64,000 nt of DNA from Paraspadella gotoi (taxonomy: Eukaryota; Animalia; Chaetognatha). Below the pieces are notes generated by a model that searched no databases, was not told the DNA's origin, and saw only the letters and a list, made by a program, of their open reading frames with translations. Both the position numbers and the translations under genes were made by a program. The stretch covers positions 21,109,775 through 21,173,774 of the forward strand of contig CM119270.1 in NCBI GenBank assembly GCA_051294375.1. Direction: 5' to 3'. Below, one piece after another: positions 61,601 through 64,000 of this stretch (position 1 is the stretch's first letter; each line of letters starts with the position of its first letter).

Positions 61601-63268
61601 ACAGGGACCTGCTATGTATTAGTTGTAAGCAGTGATGGTCGCTTAAACCACCAAAGCCTGTCCAAAGTCAGTGTGCTAAAAATGAAGCTTATTTATTAAA
61701 TAAATGGAAAAATTTTTATATCGTATTCCAATTTCTTAGACAACCCAGTTTACAAAGATTTTAAACCATTCCTCACGCTTCCTTCAACAAGTTGAGCAAA
61801 AATGTCAGATCTGCCCTTGATTCATATCGGTAATTAATTAATAAATAATTAAATTATAAGTTAAATTAAATTAATTAATATATTATTAATTAGGCAATTA
61901 ATTAATTATCTTGATCTCAAATGTTTTAGTCTTTTTGTCACTAACCATGACAAAAGCAATGAACGACCATGAGAATAATGCAATATGACTGATTAATTAA
62001 TTATTTATTAATTCAATTGACTAATTGATTATTATTTTATTAATTACATCCTGCATTTACATTGATATAAAAGGAAAAGAAGCATAATCAATTTATGTGA
62101 AACAGGTTTTTTTGTTTTTCCATTTTAAACTCATTTCCACTAAGACGATTCATCGGAACTTGATTTCCAGCTTATCACACACTTTCCTACCCACCATTAC
62201 CCAAATCTCCAGGTCAATCGCCCCATCCACTCAGAGCAATAGGTGTCAAATAGTGAAATATATTTTTGTTTTTTTCCAATTAAAATCATTATCCACTTGG
62301 ACGGATTCCATCGAAACTTCATTATCAGCTCAATCACAACCTTCCCCTCGCAAACACAAAATTTTAATTCAAATTATTCCATCCAATCACAAGTAATTGG
62401 TGTTTTTTGCTAAAGGAGGGACGGATGAAGACAGACGACGGACAGACGGCACGATGGACGGACATCATTTTTTTTCAAACTTATCATAATTCGATGTTTC
62501 TGACATGATAAAGTGTGTGCCCGACAATATTGAGGGGCGGACGACGGACGACAAAGTGAATTATAGAGTCAGGGTCTGCTGATAGCAGATCGACTAATAA
62601 AAGGTACCGGGTTGGAGCTGGGGCTTTTTCGTTTAAGAATTAGAAAAAATTAAATTTACTGTTTAATCACCAAGGGACGACTAAAAAACCAGGTCGATAG
62701 GCAGGGGGAACCTTTGCATTGCCTTGCTTTAGACACTGAACAACCCTGATGAGAATTTTTTGCTGAAGCAATCAAGACCGTTATAATAGAAAAGCCTTAA
62801 AATTCCAGCCATGGGGTTTGCGCAAAATGATTGATTGTCGCCAACCAACGTTAGTTTTCTTATTGCGAAATAGAAAAAAGGGACGTAATTGCTTAATTAT
62901 TTTCACATCCAAGGAATCTATAATAAAACAATACAAATCAATAACTATAATTTTGATAATAAGCAGAATATATTATATCTTATAATAAAAAAAACAACCC
63001 AAACTCTCACATTGAATTATGTAAAACTTGGAAATACATGCTTAAATCCGACACATGACCTACAATTGCGATGGTTTTGATGGATATTCTGTTTGTCTGG
63101 CCTTTTTATTTCTACTTTATTGCAAGTTTAAAGAGACCCGTATTCAAAATGGTTTACTATTTTTTTGCTCAATTATTACGCAACTACTTTATATGCAACA
63201 TTTTAACTGGTACATTTATCATTGCAATTTGCGTATTTGTTACAAGAAAAAGAAAAGCACTTTGCTAA
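58686..63268 (+). CDS. Putative XK-related (Xkr-like) multi-pass membrane protein, fragmented
   Basis: Motifs in the expected order: LSLTDVITDLKVTTKYL (~58720), LFNLLGLG (~59395), FVSIASSTFSL (~59835), SLLRLFTLA (~60060), FKMVYYFF (~63145). The exon structure is unresolved because of a gap and indels. Confidence 0.5.
60409..61234 (+). mobile_element. Family B SINE-like insertion (partial copy ~60410-60490 plus longer copy ~60880-61234) nested in a family A repeat
   Basis: B-box GGTTCAATCC at 60926-60935; direct repeat 60420-60490 vs 60995-61063; flanked by CTA (60406-08 and 61235-37), which splits family A sequence aagcta|tcttgcc. Confidence 0.6.
61101..61183 (+). ncRNA. Twister-like ribozyme, type P5 (family B copy 2, partly degenerate)
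   Basis: AUUA-GA-UGGU-GUCAGCA-U^AA-AAAC-GC-CA-GUGAC...GUCAC-AGCA-GG-UCCA-AA-GC-CC. T1 UGG/CCA covaries with CCG/CGG of copy 1. P2 and P4 are weak. Confidence 0.6.
61500..61735 (+). mobile_element. Family A repeat (fragments also at ~60357-60408 and 61235-61280 minus, 61350-61428 plus, 56417-56437 plus)
   Basis: Aligns over its full length with 16694-16945. Confidence 0.85.
61620..61676 (+). ncRNA. Twister-like ribozyme (family A, partly degenerate)
   Basis: GCAGU-GA-UGGU-CGC-U-U^AA-ACC-AC-CAAAG-CCUG-UCCA-AA-GU-CAG. Confidence 0.55.
61786..62600 (+). mobile_element. DINE-1/Helentron-like non-autonomous element, copy 2
   Basis: Starts AACAAG, has internal duplicated units and a GACG/GACA microsatellite (~62420-62465), and ends in hairpin agtc..ggtctgc-tgata-gcagatc-gact plus aataa. 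Confidence 0.65.
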
Positions 63269-64000
63269 AATTTACCCTTTTTTCAAGTTAAAAACAAAAC
63301 ACCTTGACTTTATATAAAATTTACCTAAAAAGGAAGCGTTGGAATCCCAGTATTCTGTTAGCAAATTCGGAACCTCTACACAAATTTTTTTGGGATAGTA
63401 ATCGTAGCATTTTAAGTCAAACTGACTGGAAAAGTATTATTGTCATAATCCTGTTGGACCAGATGTCCTTCTTTCAATTATTCACCTGGTTTCCTCCCTT
63501 TCCATCGGATTCACGAAAGTCATATGGAGAAATTCTGCCTTCTCAAAATTCTCCGACATTGTGTTTAATTGCAAAAATCACGATTGTGAAAATTTGGAAT
63601 TCCATACTTGATACTTCGTCGAAATTGATACGAACTTTCTTTATTTAACTAAAAATTTTTCATCTCTTTAACTGTATCACTTTTCCAATAGGTAAAAGTT
63701 TATCAGCCTTTGTTTGGTAACAAGGAACCAATTTGTTAAATTTGATCATCAAGATTGTTTTATCATTGGTTCATTTTGGATATCTGCATTGGGATAAGGA
63801 AAGCAGAGCAATTTCAAGCGGCGAGTGGTTGGCTAAAGAACGTTGATAAGAATTCCTTAAACGATGTACCGCGAAAGGTTTGAGACTCTGGAAATGGCAC
63901 AACCCGTGATTATGAGTTCTTTAAGTTAGTCAGAGATTGTCATTTTATTGAAGAATATTGCGTCCAGGTTGGGCAAAAGAAAAAACCTCGTTAATGTGAC

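Noticed and set aside
63300-64000. Possible Pif1/Helitron helicase relic on the minus strand (TGCA, FDEVSSM)
   Set aside because: Motif spacing looks too long, there are many stops, and no other helicase motifs are seen.

Overview
AT-rich, microsatellite-dense ((GA)n, (GAC)n) eukaryotic genomic DNA with spliceosomal GT-AG introns, most likely from an invertebrate animal, in a noisy gap-filled draft assembly (six 25-N gaps, one 10-N gap, many single-base indels). About 40% of the window lies in three large inverted duplications (1-4768, 17.3-35.7 kb, 40.8-44.7 kb) that look like assembly or haplotype artefacts. Genes reconstructed by hand: an ADF/cofilin (minus strand, 52907-56028) with two paralogous 89-nt alternative last exons; a 3-exon, 953-aa multi-pass membrane protein; a 2-exon protein with an unrecognised tandem ~45-aa N-terminal domain; a ~780-aa acidic repeat protein; and an XK-related-like membrane protein. 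Mobile DNA includes a hAT-like end, a BEL/Pao relic, DINE-1/Helentron-like elements, MITEs and tRNA-derived SINEs. Main discovery: three apparently unrelated short repeat families each carry a type-P5 twister-like self-cleaving ribozyme (about 6 near-complete copies plus fragments), with compensatory base changes in both pseudoknots and P1 shrunk to a short palindrome. This suggests a twister-based SINE/retrozyme system. A degenerate hammerhead and a weak HDV-like fold are also present. All structures were paired by eye and no searches were run.
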